From NCBI GenBank assembly GCA_046328975.1, contig JAXLVO010000011.1, positions 6,310 to 70,309 of the forward strand: a stretch of 64,000 nt of DNA, given 5' to 3'. This DNA is from Bacteriovoracaceae bacterium. Its GTDB lineage: Bacteria > Bdellovibrionota > Bacteriovoracia > Bacteriovoracales > Bacteriovoracaceae. Position 1 is the first letter of the stretch, and every line of letters begins with the position of its first letter. Below the pieces are notes generated by a model. The model was not told the origin of the DNA. It made no database searches and worked only from the letters and a program-made list of their open reading frames with translations. Made by a program: the position numbers and the translations under genes. Below are positions 29,203-38,649 of this stretch, piece by piece.

Positions 29203-31095
29203 GTGCAACTAAGCTTAAAACAAAAAATTATTTTATTGGTACTTATTTCCATTGTGCCTTTTCTTTTTATTTCAGCGTTAAAAATGAGTTCTGAACTAAA
29301 GGAACACTCAAAGGCCAAAAATGCTGAAGAAAATATTAATATTAGTATTTCAATCTCAAAATTAATTCATCAAATTCAAAAAGAGAGAGGCGCATCTACT
29401 CTTTATATTGGAGGAACATTAGAAGAGAATGCGTTAAATAATTTTAGATTTAATGTAGATGATAAAAAGCTATCTTTTATTAATACTTTAAAAAATTCAT
29501 CGGTTTCAAAGGAAATTAATTCTAATGTAATAGAAATAGATCATTTATTAAATGGTGTACGAAATATAGTTAACAGCAAAGAGAACTCAAAAGAGGCACT
29601 ACTTAAATACACCTTAATTATAAGAAAGCTATTACAGCTTGAACTTTTTTTGGCAGATCACACTAAAGCTAATGGAGAAGAAAAGAGAATGATCAGTTCA
29701 GTAATTCTAGAGATGGCCAAAGAGAATATGGGAAAAACTAGGGCCTACATTGCAAAAATTCTCAATGAACATACCCCTCTATTGCTTGAACAGATTGCCA
29801 CTTTAGCTTCATTAAAATCGGGAATTTTTGAAAATTTAGACTCCCCTGCACTAATTATCAGTAAAAAGACCAGAACTGCCTTTGAAGCGTTTAAAAACAA
29901 TGAAAATTGGCTCCACGCCACAGCGGTTATTCAACATGTTTTCGATCATGCAAGCACTGGTGATTTCACGGAAAACCCAAAACTTTTCTTTGAAAAAATC
30001 TCTTTATCTGTTGATGATCTCGGTGAAATTATTTTTAACGAACAAAACGAAATTCGAAACTTAATTATTTTAAACAAAATAAAAACGTTGACTAATTTAA
30101 AAATTCTTACTGCTTCTACTTTTACAATATTACTTTTAGTAATTAGTTTGAGTATTTATTTTATAAAATCGATAACCGGACCAACTCAAAAAATTATGAG
30201 TTTATTAAGAAGAAGCTCTACCGATGTAAAAAAAACAGCTCAAACCATTAAAACCAATGGTGACGCTCTTTCTAAAAGCTCGATTCAGCAAGCCGCTTCA
30301 CTTAAGCAGGCTGTATCTTCATTAGAAGAGATCATGGTTATGATTGGAAAAACAAACGACAATACAAAAGAGTCTCAATCTATTTCACAAGAAAGCACCA
30401 GAGCCGTTACCACTGGTCAAGAAATTGTCCAAGAGATGGCAAGAGATATTCAAGCCATTGAAGTAGCAAACGAATCAATTCAGAAACAAATTAATAAAAG
30501 TAATGATAATTTAAGTGAGATCATTAATGTTTTTGATGAAATTTGTGAAAAAACAAATGTTATCAACGATATTGTTTTTCAAACTAAGCTTCTCTCTTTT
30601 AATGCTTCTGTCGAAGCGGCCAGAGCCAAAGATGCGGGGAAAGGGTTTGCCGTTGTGGCCGAAGAGGTAGGAAATTTGGCCAATACGAGTGGAACTGCGG
30701 CCAAAGAGATTACCGAAGTCTTAGAGAAAAGTCTCAAACTTGCAACTGAGACAATCAATAATTCAAAAAAAGAAGTTGAAAAAATAATCCAGTTAAGTCA
30801 CCAAAAAGTGGAAAAAGGTATAGCTACTGTTAATAAATGTTCTGATACACTTAAAATAATTGTCGAACAGACTATAAAAGTTAACGAACTAATTACAGAT
30901 ATTGCTAGCGCAAGCGAGAAACAGACTGTAGGCATAAATCAGATTTCAACCGTTATGCATGAATTAGATAAAGTTACCCATAATAATGCCAAAGCTGCTG
31001 AAGAAGCCGCTCGGGTAGGAGACCTGCTTGGAGCAAAGTCTCAAGAATTAAATAAGGCAGTAGAAAATCTTAATTTAATTATATACTCAAAATAG
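29203..31095 (+). CDS. Methyl-accepting chemotaxis protein with NIT-like (nitrate/nitrite-sensing type) periplasmic domain
   Basis: 630 aa with two TM segments. KLIHQIQKERGASTLYIGG is a NIT-type motif. MCP signalling core: FQTKLLSFNASVEAARAKDAGKGFAVVAEEVGNLA. Confidence 0.85.
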   Translation: MQLSLKQKIILLVLISIVPFLFISALKMSSELKEHSKAKNAEENINISISISKLIHQIQKERGASTLYIGGTLEENALNNFRFNVDDKKLSFINTLKNSSVSKEINSNVIEIDHLLNGVRNIVNSKENSKEALLKYTLIIRKLLQLELFLADHTKANGEEKRMISSVILEMAKENMGKTRAYIAKILNEHTPLLLEQIATLASLKSGIFENLDSPALIISKKTRTAFEAFKNNENWLHATAVIQHVFDHASTGDFTENPKLFFEKISLSVDDLGEIIFNEQNEIRNLIILNKIKTLTNLKILTASTFTILLLVISLSIYFIKSITGPTQKIMSLLRRSSTDVKKTAQTIKTNGDALSKSSIQQAASLKQAVSSLEEIMVMIGKTNDNTKESQSISQESTRAVTTGQEIVQEMARDIQAIEVANESIQKQINKSNDNLSEIINVFDEICEKTNVINDIVFQTKLLSFNASVEAARAKDAGKGFAVVAEEVGNLANTSGTAAKEITEVLEKSLKLATETINNSKKEVEKIIQLSHQKVEKGIATVNKCSDTLKIIVEQTIKVNELITDIASASEKQTVGINQISTVMHELDKVTHNNAKAAEEAARVGDLLGAKSQELNKAVENLNLIIYSK

Positions 31096-31103
31096 AGACA
31101 TTT

Positions 31104-31541
31104 TTAATCTTGGTATACTTTTCTAAGTAAGGCAATCAGTGTTTTGTGTTCATTTTCGTTTAGTAAATCACTAAAATACTTTTTAATAATAGGTGAATAA
31201 ACTTTCCATATTTTTTGACGGAGAGCTCTTCCCTCTTCCGTCAAAACAGCATACAGTCCTCTTTTATCAGAGGGACAACGCTGACGCTTAATTAGACCTT
31301 CATGCTCTAATTTTTTCGCAATTCTAGTTACATTATAGCGACTTAAAAAAACACGTTCTCCCAGCTCATTAAATCGAAGCATCCCTTTAGGTGCTTGCTC
31401 TAAAGTCCAAAGTAGGTCATACGTTTGCAAATCAGGTAGGTCATGCACTTTTAGTTCATTTTCCATTCTCTGATTAATTCTTACAAAGGCTTTTAAAAAG
31501 AGCGGCCAAGAATCAATAGATTTCAACTGTTTTTCTAACAT
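31104..31541 (-). CDS. MarR-family transcriptional regulator
   Basis: 145 aa with a winged HTH (LSRYNVTRIAKKLEHEGLIKRQRCPSDKRG). Confidence 0.85.
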   Translation of the reverse strand: MLEKQLKSIDSWPLFLKAFVRINQRMENELKVHDLPDLQTYDLLWTLEQAPKGMLRFNELGERVFLSRYNVTRIAKKLEHEGLIKRQRCPSDKRGLYAVLTEEGRALRQKIWKVYSPIIKKYFSDLLNENEHKTLIALLRKVYQD

Positions 31542-31560
31542 AAAAAAACTATCCCATTTT

Positions 31561-31610
31561 TTAGTTGCATTTGCAACTAAAAGGTGTATATTAGTTGCAT
31601 GTGCAACAAA
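31561..31610. promoter_or_regulatory. Twin palindromic operators in the marR-yceI divergent promoter region
   Basis: TTAGTTGCA-TT-TGCAACTAA (31561-31580) and TTAGTTGCA-TG-TGCAACAAA (31591-31610), with centres 30 bp apart. They flank or overlap a possible TTGCAT-16 nt-TATATT promoter (31565-31592). Confidence 0.55.
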
Positions 31611-31634
31611 ACTAAATCAACAAGGAGAATTAGT

Positions 31635-32216
31635 ATGCAAAAGTTTTGGAGTCTATTATCTGGAATACTTCTATTAAGTTCATTTTCTTCCTACGCTGCT
31701 TGGGAACTTGATAAGGCCCACTCATCTATCACCTTTGGCATTGACCATTTAGTAATTACCGAAACTAAAGGGCAATTTGATAATTTTCAAGTTGAACTAA
31801 CAGCAACAAAGGATGATTTTTCAGATGCAAAAGGGAAAGCAACCGTTGAAGTTAAGTCTATTAACACGTTCGACACTAAAAGAGATAACCATTTAAAAGG
31901 TACAGATTTTTTTGATATTGATAAATATCCAAACATAATTGTTGAAGTAAAAAAACTTGAAAAGAAAAAAGATAATAAATACAAAGTAACAACCGCTGTA
32001 ACTATGCACGGAGTAACTAAAGATGTTGTTTTTGATGGAGTCTATAAAGGTACGGTAAAAGATCCTTGGGGTGGAACACGAGCTGGACTTGCTCTTAATG
32101 GAAAACTTGATCGTTATGATTTTGATTTAAAATATAATTCTGTGCTTGAGACAGGTGGCTTTGCCATTGGAAAAGAGGTTCGAATTAATGCTGTTTTAGA
32201 AATGGTCAAAAAATAG
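31635..32216 (+). CDS. YceI-family periplasmic polyisoprenoid-binding protein
   Basis: Signal peptide, then WELDKAHSSITFGIDHL..ETKGQF, typical of YceI. AAGGAGA SD lies before the ATG at 31635. Confidence 0.85.
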   Translation: MQKFWSLLSGILLLSSFSSYAAWELDKAHSSITFGIDHLVITETKGQFDNFQVELTATKDDFSDAKGKATVEVKSINTFDTKRDNHLKGTDFFDIDKYPNIIVEVKKLEKKKDNKYKVTTAVTMHGVTKDVVFDGVYKGTVKDPWGGTRAGLALNGKLDRYDFDLKYNSVLETGGFAIGKEVRINAVLEMVKK

Positions 32217-32224
32217 CTATTAAA

Positions 32225-32262
32225 AATAAGAGGTGGAGACTACTTCACCTCTTATTTTTTTC
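32225..32262 (+). terminator. Rho-independent terminator after yceI
   Basis: AATAAGAGGTG, 10-nt loop, CACCTCTTATT, followed by a T-run. Confidence 0.6.
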
Positions 32263-32494
32263 ATAACAAACGTGGCTGTAAAATCATAAAGCTTGACTCT
32301 ACCATCTTTCAAAATAGCGATCCCTTATAATCTTATTCACAATACTAACTTCCCTTACTCGACTGTTTTGATATATTTAAAAACAGAATCCCATTTCATA
32401 ATTTTATTTGAATTAAAAAAAAATCATGTAATATTTTATTAAATCAATTATTTACGACTTTACGTAGTTATAAAGTCAACAATTAAGGAGTTCT

Positions 32495-33565
32495 ATGAAA
32501 AAATTTAGATTAGCTACCTGTTCTTTACTGGCATTTACATCAGTAAATTGTTTTGCTGGAAATCACTCGATTACTGCCATTGCGCGATCAGGTTGGACCT
32601 ATAAAAACAATGACACTAAAAAGACAACCACTCTAAATAGTAGTGAAATTAACGTTGACTATTTAAAACTGAATTTTGATGGAAAGTTAAACGATAAAAA
32701 TCGCTATACATTAGAACTTAACGGACTTTATGCCAATTCTGCTAATGATAAAACAGATAATTTATCTGATTTTATAGAAAAAGTTAATGTTACAAGAACA
32801 GTGGCCGACACTTGGACAGTCAGTCTAGGGAAATTAGGTGTCATTGCTGGTGGTAGAGAGTGGGATTATGTTTCAGCTGATCTTTATACTCAATCCTATT
32901 TTTTTGGAGATCTTCCAACATATAGAACCGGTTTAACTGTTACGAAAGAGCATATGGGGCAAAGTTTTCAATTCCAAGTTTTAAACGGAAATAAAGATCG
33001 TTCAACCGGTGTAAAATCGCAGACTAAATTTGGCGGGGCTTTAGGTTATCGAGGCATCTTGTTTAATGGAATAGTTAATCCAATTATTGGTTATACTATG
33101 ATTCCTGAAGCCATTGGAAAAACTACTACCGCTGGAACGAGAGTTAAGGCCGGTAATGATGTAGCAATTGCTGGTGGAATTGAATTTAAATTACCACACA
33201 ATATTACCTTTGAAGCTGATTATAACCAATTTACGGAAGAGGATGCCGCAGGAACAACGACTGCGCTAAAAGATTTAAAAACAACTTCAATTGTAGGTCT
33301 ATTACGTTATAAATGTGATATAACTAACCTAATGCCATTTGCAAAATTTATTCAAGATACAGTAAAACTTGATTCTACTAAAACAGGTGAACGAACCGCT
33401 TATGATTTAGGTATCGAGTATCGTCAACCAAAAAATGAAGAGATAAGATACCATGCAGTTTACTCTTCAAGTTCAGTTAAAACCAACATGAACACAACTA
33501 GAGTAACCTCATCTCCATATTCAATTATGGTAGGATTAAGATTTGATGCTTCAATTTTAAATTAA
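32495..33565 (+). CDS. Putative outer-membrane beta-barrel porin
   Basis: 356 aa with a signal peptide (..VNCFA) and alternating amphipathic strands with Gly/Tyr-rich turns throughout. No specific family recognised. Confidence 0.5.
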   Translation: MKKFRLATCSLLAFTSVNCFAGNHSITAIARSGWTYKNNDTKKTTTLNSSEINVDYLKLNFDGKLNDKNRYTLELNGLYANSANDKTDNLSDFIEKVNVTRTVADTWTVSLGKLGVIAGGREWDYVSADLYTQSYFFGDLPTYRTGLTVTKEHMGQSFQFQVLNGNKDRSTGVKSQTKFGGALGYRGILFNGIVNPIIGYTMIPEAIGKTTTAGTRVKAGNDVAIAGGIEFKLPHNITFEADYNQFTEEDAAGTTTALKDLKTTSIVGLLRYKCDITNLMPFAKFIQDTVKLDSTKTGERTAYDLGIEYRQPKNEEIRYHAVYSSSSVKTNMNTTRVTSSPYSIMVGLRFDASILN

Positions 33566-33575
33566 TCTAAATTAT

Positions 33576-33603
33576 AAAAGTGCACACGTATGTGTGCACT
33601 TTT
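33576..33603. terminator. Bidirectional rho-independent terminator between convergent genes
   Basis: AAAAGTGCACAC, 4-nt loop, GTGTGCACTTTT: a perfect 12-bp stem flanked by A/T runs. Confidence 0.65.
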
Positions 33604-33604
33604 A

Positions 33605-34120
33605 TTAACGTTTTACTTTAAATGATATACTGGCAGGATGTGATCCATAAAAGCTTGATACACACCAATGATAAACACCATTCTCACTTTTAAGTTCTGC
33701 TAAATCTTGAAAAGTTACATTAATAAAACCACCTGTTTTTGAAATTTGGCCAACACTAATACTTAATTTAGCTGAAATAATATTTTCGCCAGTTTCAATG
33801 TTAGCAGGATTTCCAGCGGCATAAATAGTATAAGGCGTTTCACAAGTTGTTCCATCGGTTGTCCACGCAAATTCATAAGATTTTCCATTAGATAGATCAA
33901 TTGTTTCACCTTCTATTGGTGACACCAATCTAATTCTACAGCCACCAGTAACATTGGCCTCAAGTAAGGGAGCAAAACCACCCACGGTTCCCGTTACTTC
34001 ACGATCATTGGTAGGTTTAGCTAAAGGGGTTGCATCACCTCCACCATTTGATGAAGACTTTCCACAACTAAAAGATATTAATAAAAATAGTGTGAATAAA
34101 ATATGTTTCATATTAAACAA
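33605..34120 (-). CDS. Hypothetical lipoprotein
   Basis: 171 aa with a lipobox (LLISFSCGK). No family recognised. Confidence 0.5.
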   Translation of the reverse strand: MFNMKHILFTLFLLISFSCGKSSSNGGGDATPLAKPTNDREVTGTVGGFAPLLEANVTGGCRIRLVSPIEGETIDLSNGKSYEFAWTTDGTTCETPYTIYAAGNPANIETGENIISAKLSISVGQISKTGGFINVTFQDLAELKSENGVYHWCVSSFYGSHPASISFKVKR

Positions 34121-34174
34121 ACTCCAGTGATAAAGCTGGTCATCTATCAGGCTTAATTCATCTTGTCAATTGGC

Positions 34175-35266
34175 TTAAGGAATAAATGATACTACAAAAT
34201 AGGTTAATAAAATCACGGCATGTACAGCACCTTGGAGTAAGGTTGATTTACCAGAACCTAAGGTTGTAGTTGATACTAAGAAGGTGAGCAGCATAAAAGC
34301 CAAATTTTTGTTATCAAGACCTAAATTAAGCGGTAATTTTTTAATAATTGAATAAACTATAACCGATGGAATGGTTAGTGCGATACTTGCAATACCCGAG
34401 CCTAATGCCAGATTGAGGCTAGTTTGAAGTCTGTTGGCCCTGGCAGAAGTAACTGCGGACCAGGATTCAGGCAAAAGGACAATTCCAGCGATAAGAACTC
34501 CTACTACCGATTTTGGCGCCCCTAAAAAAACAACAATTTGTTCAATGTTAGGCGAAATTCTTTTAGCAAAACCAACAACTGCAATCAGACTTACACAGAG
34601 TGAAATAAAACTAAGCCAAGCCTCTTTTTTAGTTATCTCTTTGCCTAAAATCTCTTGAACGTTAATAACTCCAGTTGTTGGTTCAAAATAACTTTTATGA
34701 CTAGTTGTTTGAAAAAAAATAAAAAGCATATATAAAATTAATGAGAAAGCTCCAATAAAAATCATCTGCAGGTTATTATAAGTTGGTCCAGAAGTGCTTG
34801 TCGTAAAATTTGGTAAAACAAAAACTAAAAAAGATAAAGCAATAAGAACAACTAACAAACTTTTTGAACCTTGGACTTGAAACTCCTGTTCTTTAAATTT
34901 AAGCCCACCAAGCATCAAGCAGATCGCAACAATCCCATTTGTAACAATCATGACTGCAGCAAAAACGGTATCTCGAGCGAGAAAACTGGCACTGCCACCA
35001 TCCTTTCCCATTAGCGCAAGGATAAGACCTACTTCAATTACCGTTACACTTATAGCAAGCACTAGAGTTCCAAGCCCCTCACCTATTTTATGAGCAATAA
35101 TTTCTGCATGATGAACTGCGGACATAACTGAAAAACCTAGAAAAGTGGCTGCTAATATAAAAATCCAGTAATTGGCCTGTAAGCTATGTCGAGTAATAAT
35201 GAGTATTACTAGTGACAAAATGGGTATGAAATAATTAAAAAAACTTAGCTTACTTAATTTACTCAT
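34175..35266 (-). CDS. chaA: Ca2+/H+ antiporter (ChaA-like, CaCA superfamily)
   Basis: 363 aa with about 11 TM segments. HHAEIIAHKIGEGLGTLVLAISVTVIEVGLILALM resembles the ChaA N-terminal alpha-repeat, and a second repeat reads LNLALGSGIASIALTIP. Confidence 0.7.
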   Translation of the reverse strand: MSKLSKLSFFNYFIPILSLVILIITRHSLQANYWIFILAATFLGFSVMSAVHHAEIIAHKIGEGLGTLVLAISVTVIEVGLILALMGKDGGSASFLARDTVFAAVMIVTNGIVAICLMLGGLKFKEQEFQVQGSKSLLVVLIALSFLVFVLPNFTTSTSGPTYNNLQMIFIGAFSLILYMLFIFFQTTSHKSYFEPTTGVINVQEILGKEITKKEAWLSFISLCVSLIAVVGFAKRISPNIEQIVVFLGAPKSVVGVLIAGIVLLPESWSAVTSARANRLQTSLNLALGSGIASIALTIPSVIVYSIIKKLPLNLGLDNKNLAFMLLTFLVSTTTLGSGKSTLLQGAVHAVILLTYFVVSFIP

Positions 35267-35303
35267 ATTTTTACTCTAACAGGTTGTATAAACTTTGGCA
35301 AAA

Positions 35304-36688
35304 TTAGCTTTTTATTTTTTTGAAGATAAATGGAGAAAGGATTAATCCAATAGCAGAAAAAAGTATTCCAATATAGAGCTCATCAATTTCTGAAGCTATA
35401 CCTGTCAGTTTTGCCATCTTCCAGTAGGTAACGGCCGCCGCTGCTAAAATTGCGGATAAGATAAATTGCTTGTCATGTGTTTTTTGAGGAAAATAGTAAC
35501 CATAAAGAATAGGTAGCAAGAGACATGCTGACCAATAACTTCCTAAAGTTTTCCAAACTTTTTTAATATTACCATCAAAAGCATATCCAATTAAAACACA
35601 AATGATCCCTACAAAAAATAAACTTATATGACTTGACTTAACTAAATCAGGTTTTTGATTTATCTTTATTAGCAAAAAGATCATAGCTTATAGTTGATGC
35701 CGCTATTAATAAAACAATCCCATAGTGGAAAGAATTGTTGCCAAAATTCGCCAGAAAAAAACCTCTTAAACCATCGCTAAAATTTGAACGTATAATAACA
35801 TAAGCTTTACTTGATTCAGCTGAACCAACTGCCTAGCATACATACCGCCTAAAGTTGTGCAGATATCAAAAACAGAACCAAATAAGTGTTGAAATATAGA
35901 TTCCCACTTTAAGCGTTCGATTAGAGTTCGCCGCAAAGCAGCGTTGATAAAAACTGGGGTCCACCAAAGTAGAAAGAGCTATAAATCCCCAAATTAAAGT
36001 AAGTGAAAATGGCTCACCTCCGGTTAAAGAAAAATAGTCAATAGGCAACTTGGACTTTAAAAATCCTATTCCTCCAAAATTCACAGAAAAACAATTACCA
36101 AAAAACACTAATACACATTACAAAAAATTGAACTAAATCTGAAAACACATCTGCACGAAAACCTCCGATGATCACAAAGATGTTCCGATAATCATCATAA
36201 GTAAAAAAAGGAACCTCCAAAAATAGTTTGTAAAAAAGCCCCATACTAATCGTATGTGCCACCGGCAATAATAAAGAAATTGAAAACAGCACTTAACTTA
36301 CTGGATTTTTTTCCATACATCTCACCCACCAGTTCAGGAAAGGTCAGTGACTTTAATTTTACCTGTCTACGATAAAAAAGGCAAAGAGAATATAAGTAAT
36401 GTACCAAAAAACCTTGAGTAACAAAATTAAAAATCCCTTTCTCAAAAGCAATTGAGTTACTCCAAATTTCTCCGTACCAAGTAGCAACTGTATTGCAACA
36501 AATAAAGTAAAGAGTTAAACGTCTGCCCATTAGTAAAAGATCAAAAACGACTCTTCATCAGTTTTTAAATTTAACTTTCGCCTAAGATGATCTCCGTAGA
36601 TAACAGTTCGCCACACAACTATTACCAAAAAGATTGCCCAATCAAAAAAGATAAATAATTAGAAAAACTAAACTGTTTTTAAAAACAT
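35304..36688 (-). pseudogene. Sodium:solute symporter (SSS) family transporter, at least 5 frame disruptions; possible ThiV-like thiamine-related transporter
   Basis: Colinear fragments at 36246..36530, 36095..36292, 35866..36108 and 35304..35684, plus an N-terminal piece from the ATG at 36688. Motifs are SSS-like (LLMGRRLTLYF, TFPELVGEMYG). It is preceded by a THI-box-like leader. Confidence 0.65.
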
Positions 36689-36778
36689 GAAAACTCCTTA
36701 CGCCAGCATTATCTGACTGCTATAGGGTCGTTTAGTTTGCTAAACCTTCCAGCCTTCGATTAAAAGCTCCCCTTCATG
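36686..36778 (-). promoter_or_regulatory. Candidate TPP (THI-box) riboswitch in the 5' leader of the SSS transporter
   Basis: Minus-strand RNA: CAUGAAGGGGAGC..GAAGGCUGGAAGG..ACCCUAUAGCAGUCAGAUAAUGCUGGCGUAAGGAGUUUUCAUG. The 3' half resembles the conserved ACCUGAUCUGGAUAAUGCCAGCGUAGGGA. A putative P1 (CAUGAA/UUCAUG) would sequester the AUG, with the SD adjacent. The CUGAGA box is imperfect. Confidence 0.5.
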
Positions 36779-36834
36779 CTAAAAATTCTAAATTCAGTTA
36801 ATTAAAATGACAAGTTGTTTCTAAAAGCATTCAT

Positions 36835-37524
36835 TTATCGATAGTCGGATTTTTGTCCAATTATTAATCCAAGCCTCATGGCAAAATGGATAAGTTCGCC
36901 CGATTTTTTATTCCTAATTTGTCCATCAAGTTTGAACGATAAGCAATACTGTTTTCAAAGAAAGATTTTTTAGTGTGGTTGCCATCTCTTTATTACCTAT
37001 CCCTTCAGCAAATCAATTTTAAAACTTGCTGTTCTCTGGGGTTAATCATTCAAAAAGCTCTTCATCAAAGTTAATTTATTAGGATTAGTTTCATTTTCAA
37101 TTGTGTTATTTGCTAACAAGACAGATCCAGTACCCTTGGATCAAATATAGGTGCCGCCATTGATAATTGCTTCAGCATTCACTACATCCTCACCTCTTGC
37201 TGATTTTAAAATGTAGCCATTAGCTCCGCCTCAAGGAGCCTTTTCAAATAGATTGGCTCACTATATTGAGTTACTAAAATTTTTATTGTATTTATTTTTC
37301 CGAATTTCAATTGTAGTTTCAAGTCCACCAAGTCTAGCATATTTAAATCAAGCAGAATAACATCAGGTGAATGCGTTTTAAGTAAATCCAAGCGCCTCTC
37401 TGCCAGATGCAGCTTCTCCAATTACATCAATGGGTACACTCGTCTGTTGGGTTAAAAATGATTTAAGACCTATTCTTAAAATGGTGTGATCATCAACTAA
37501 TATTACTTTTACAATATTGCTCAT
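36835..37524 (-). pseudogene. NarL/FixJ-type response regulator (REC + LuxR HTH), multiple frame disruptions
   Basis: Own three-frame reading recovers MSNIVKVILVDDHTILRIGLKSFL, GEAASGREAL, SPDVILLDLNM, LEAGANGYILKSA, PREQQVLKLI, KEMATTL and YRSNLMDKLGIKNRAELIHFAMRLGLI, spread over three frames. Confidence 0.75.
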
Positions 37525-37849
37525 ATAACAAATACCCTTTCGTAGTGAATTTATATACTGTTAAAATAATTTTAACATCAAGAAGGAAAACTCTCTTTGA
37601 AATTTATTAGATTTATCATTTTTCATTTTCAATTTCAAAAATAATAGAGCTAATTAACAACTATAAATAAAAACTAGGTATTTTTACCTAAACATTTTTA
37701 ATAAATAGCTATATTTCACTATTTTTTTCATTATTGTGTGCATTAAATTTTATTTGAAATTAAATTCATTAGAGACATTTTACTTTTTTGAGATAAGATT
37801 TAAGTTACAGGATTATTTTCTCCAAATTGATTAAGTTAACTGGTGTTTT

Positions 37850-37877
37850 AAAATCGCACTCTATTGAGTGCGATTTT
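37850..37877. terminator. Rho-independent terminator downstream of the phosphatase gene
   Basis: AAAATCGCACTC, 4-nt loop, GAGTGCGATTTT: a perfect 12-bp stem with flanking A/T runs. Confidence 0.6.
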
Positions 37878-37897
37878 TATTTAGAATTAACTTTAAT

Positions 37898-38521
37898 TTA
37901 CAGATCTATTTTTGCTACATCACGATTCACGCAATATTTTTCTTCTTCTTTACAGGGTTGATTTCTAATATAAGCATAAAGATCTCTTACTTGGTTATCT
38001 AAGTAAGGTTTGGCCCACATATGTTTTCCATATTCATTCATGAGGACTAAAGCATCTCTAAGCCCTAATCTTTGATATTTCATTTGATAGTAGGCGGCCA
38101 GACGTCCTGTTCTGTGGCATCCGCATTCGCATCTAAATGCAATTTTTTTACCTTTGGCCTTGGCCTCCATTACCCAGTTATCAAAAAAGTTTAAAAATTT
38201 TGCAGTTAAAGGAATTTTACTCTCTTGTTCTTGATTATAAACCACTTTAAGCTGAGGACAAACATCTTGGTTTTTTAATTCATACTCTTCAGCTGTTCCA
38301 CTAAGAACCATAACTTCTTCGATTCCAAGCTTACACAGTGTTTTTAGATCATCTCTAGTAGGTTTGCTATAGCGAAAAAGTTCAAAATCAGATGATTCAG
38401 TTAAATTATTAGCTTCTGGTCCTTCATCAATTTTAATAAGATTTAGTTCACCGGCATAGGAGATTTGAGACGAGAGAAATAACGTGATTGTAAATAGTAG
38501 AAATAATTTCAAGCTATCCAT
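37898..38521 (-). CDS. Secreted Cys-based (CX5R) protein-tyrosine/dual-specificity phosphatase-like protein
   Basis: 207 aa with signal peptide ..LSSQISYA and the P-loop FRCECGCHRTGRL (C-x5-R-T). Confidence 0.65.
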   Translation of the reverse strand: MDSLKLFLLFTITLFLSSQISYAGELNLIKIDEGPEANNLTESSDFELFRYSKPTRDDLKTLCKLGIEEVMVLSGTAEEYELKNQDVCPQLKVVYNQEQESKIPLTAKFLNFFDNWVMEAKAKGKKIAFRCECGCHRTGRLAAYYQMKYQRLGLRDALVLMNEYGKHMWAKPYLDNQVRDLYAYIRNQPCKEEEKYCVNRDVAKIDL

Positions 38522-38649
38522 TTTTTACTCCTTTAAAAAATTTATTAATTAAAGTATGCAAGAAATTATCTATCTGATGTTTTATGATTCTATTAAGATT
38601 TACAAAGATTCAACTTTAGGATAAATATAGGATTAGGAGATTCGTGATT

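Noticed and set aside
32293-32330. TTGACT ... TATAAT pair upstream of the porin gene as a promoter
   Set aside because: The spacer is about 27 nt, which is incompatible with a sigma70 promoter.
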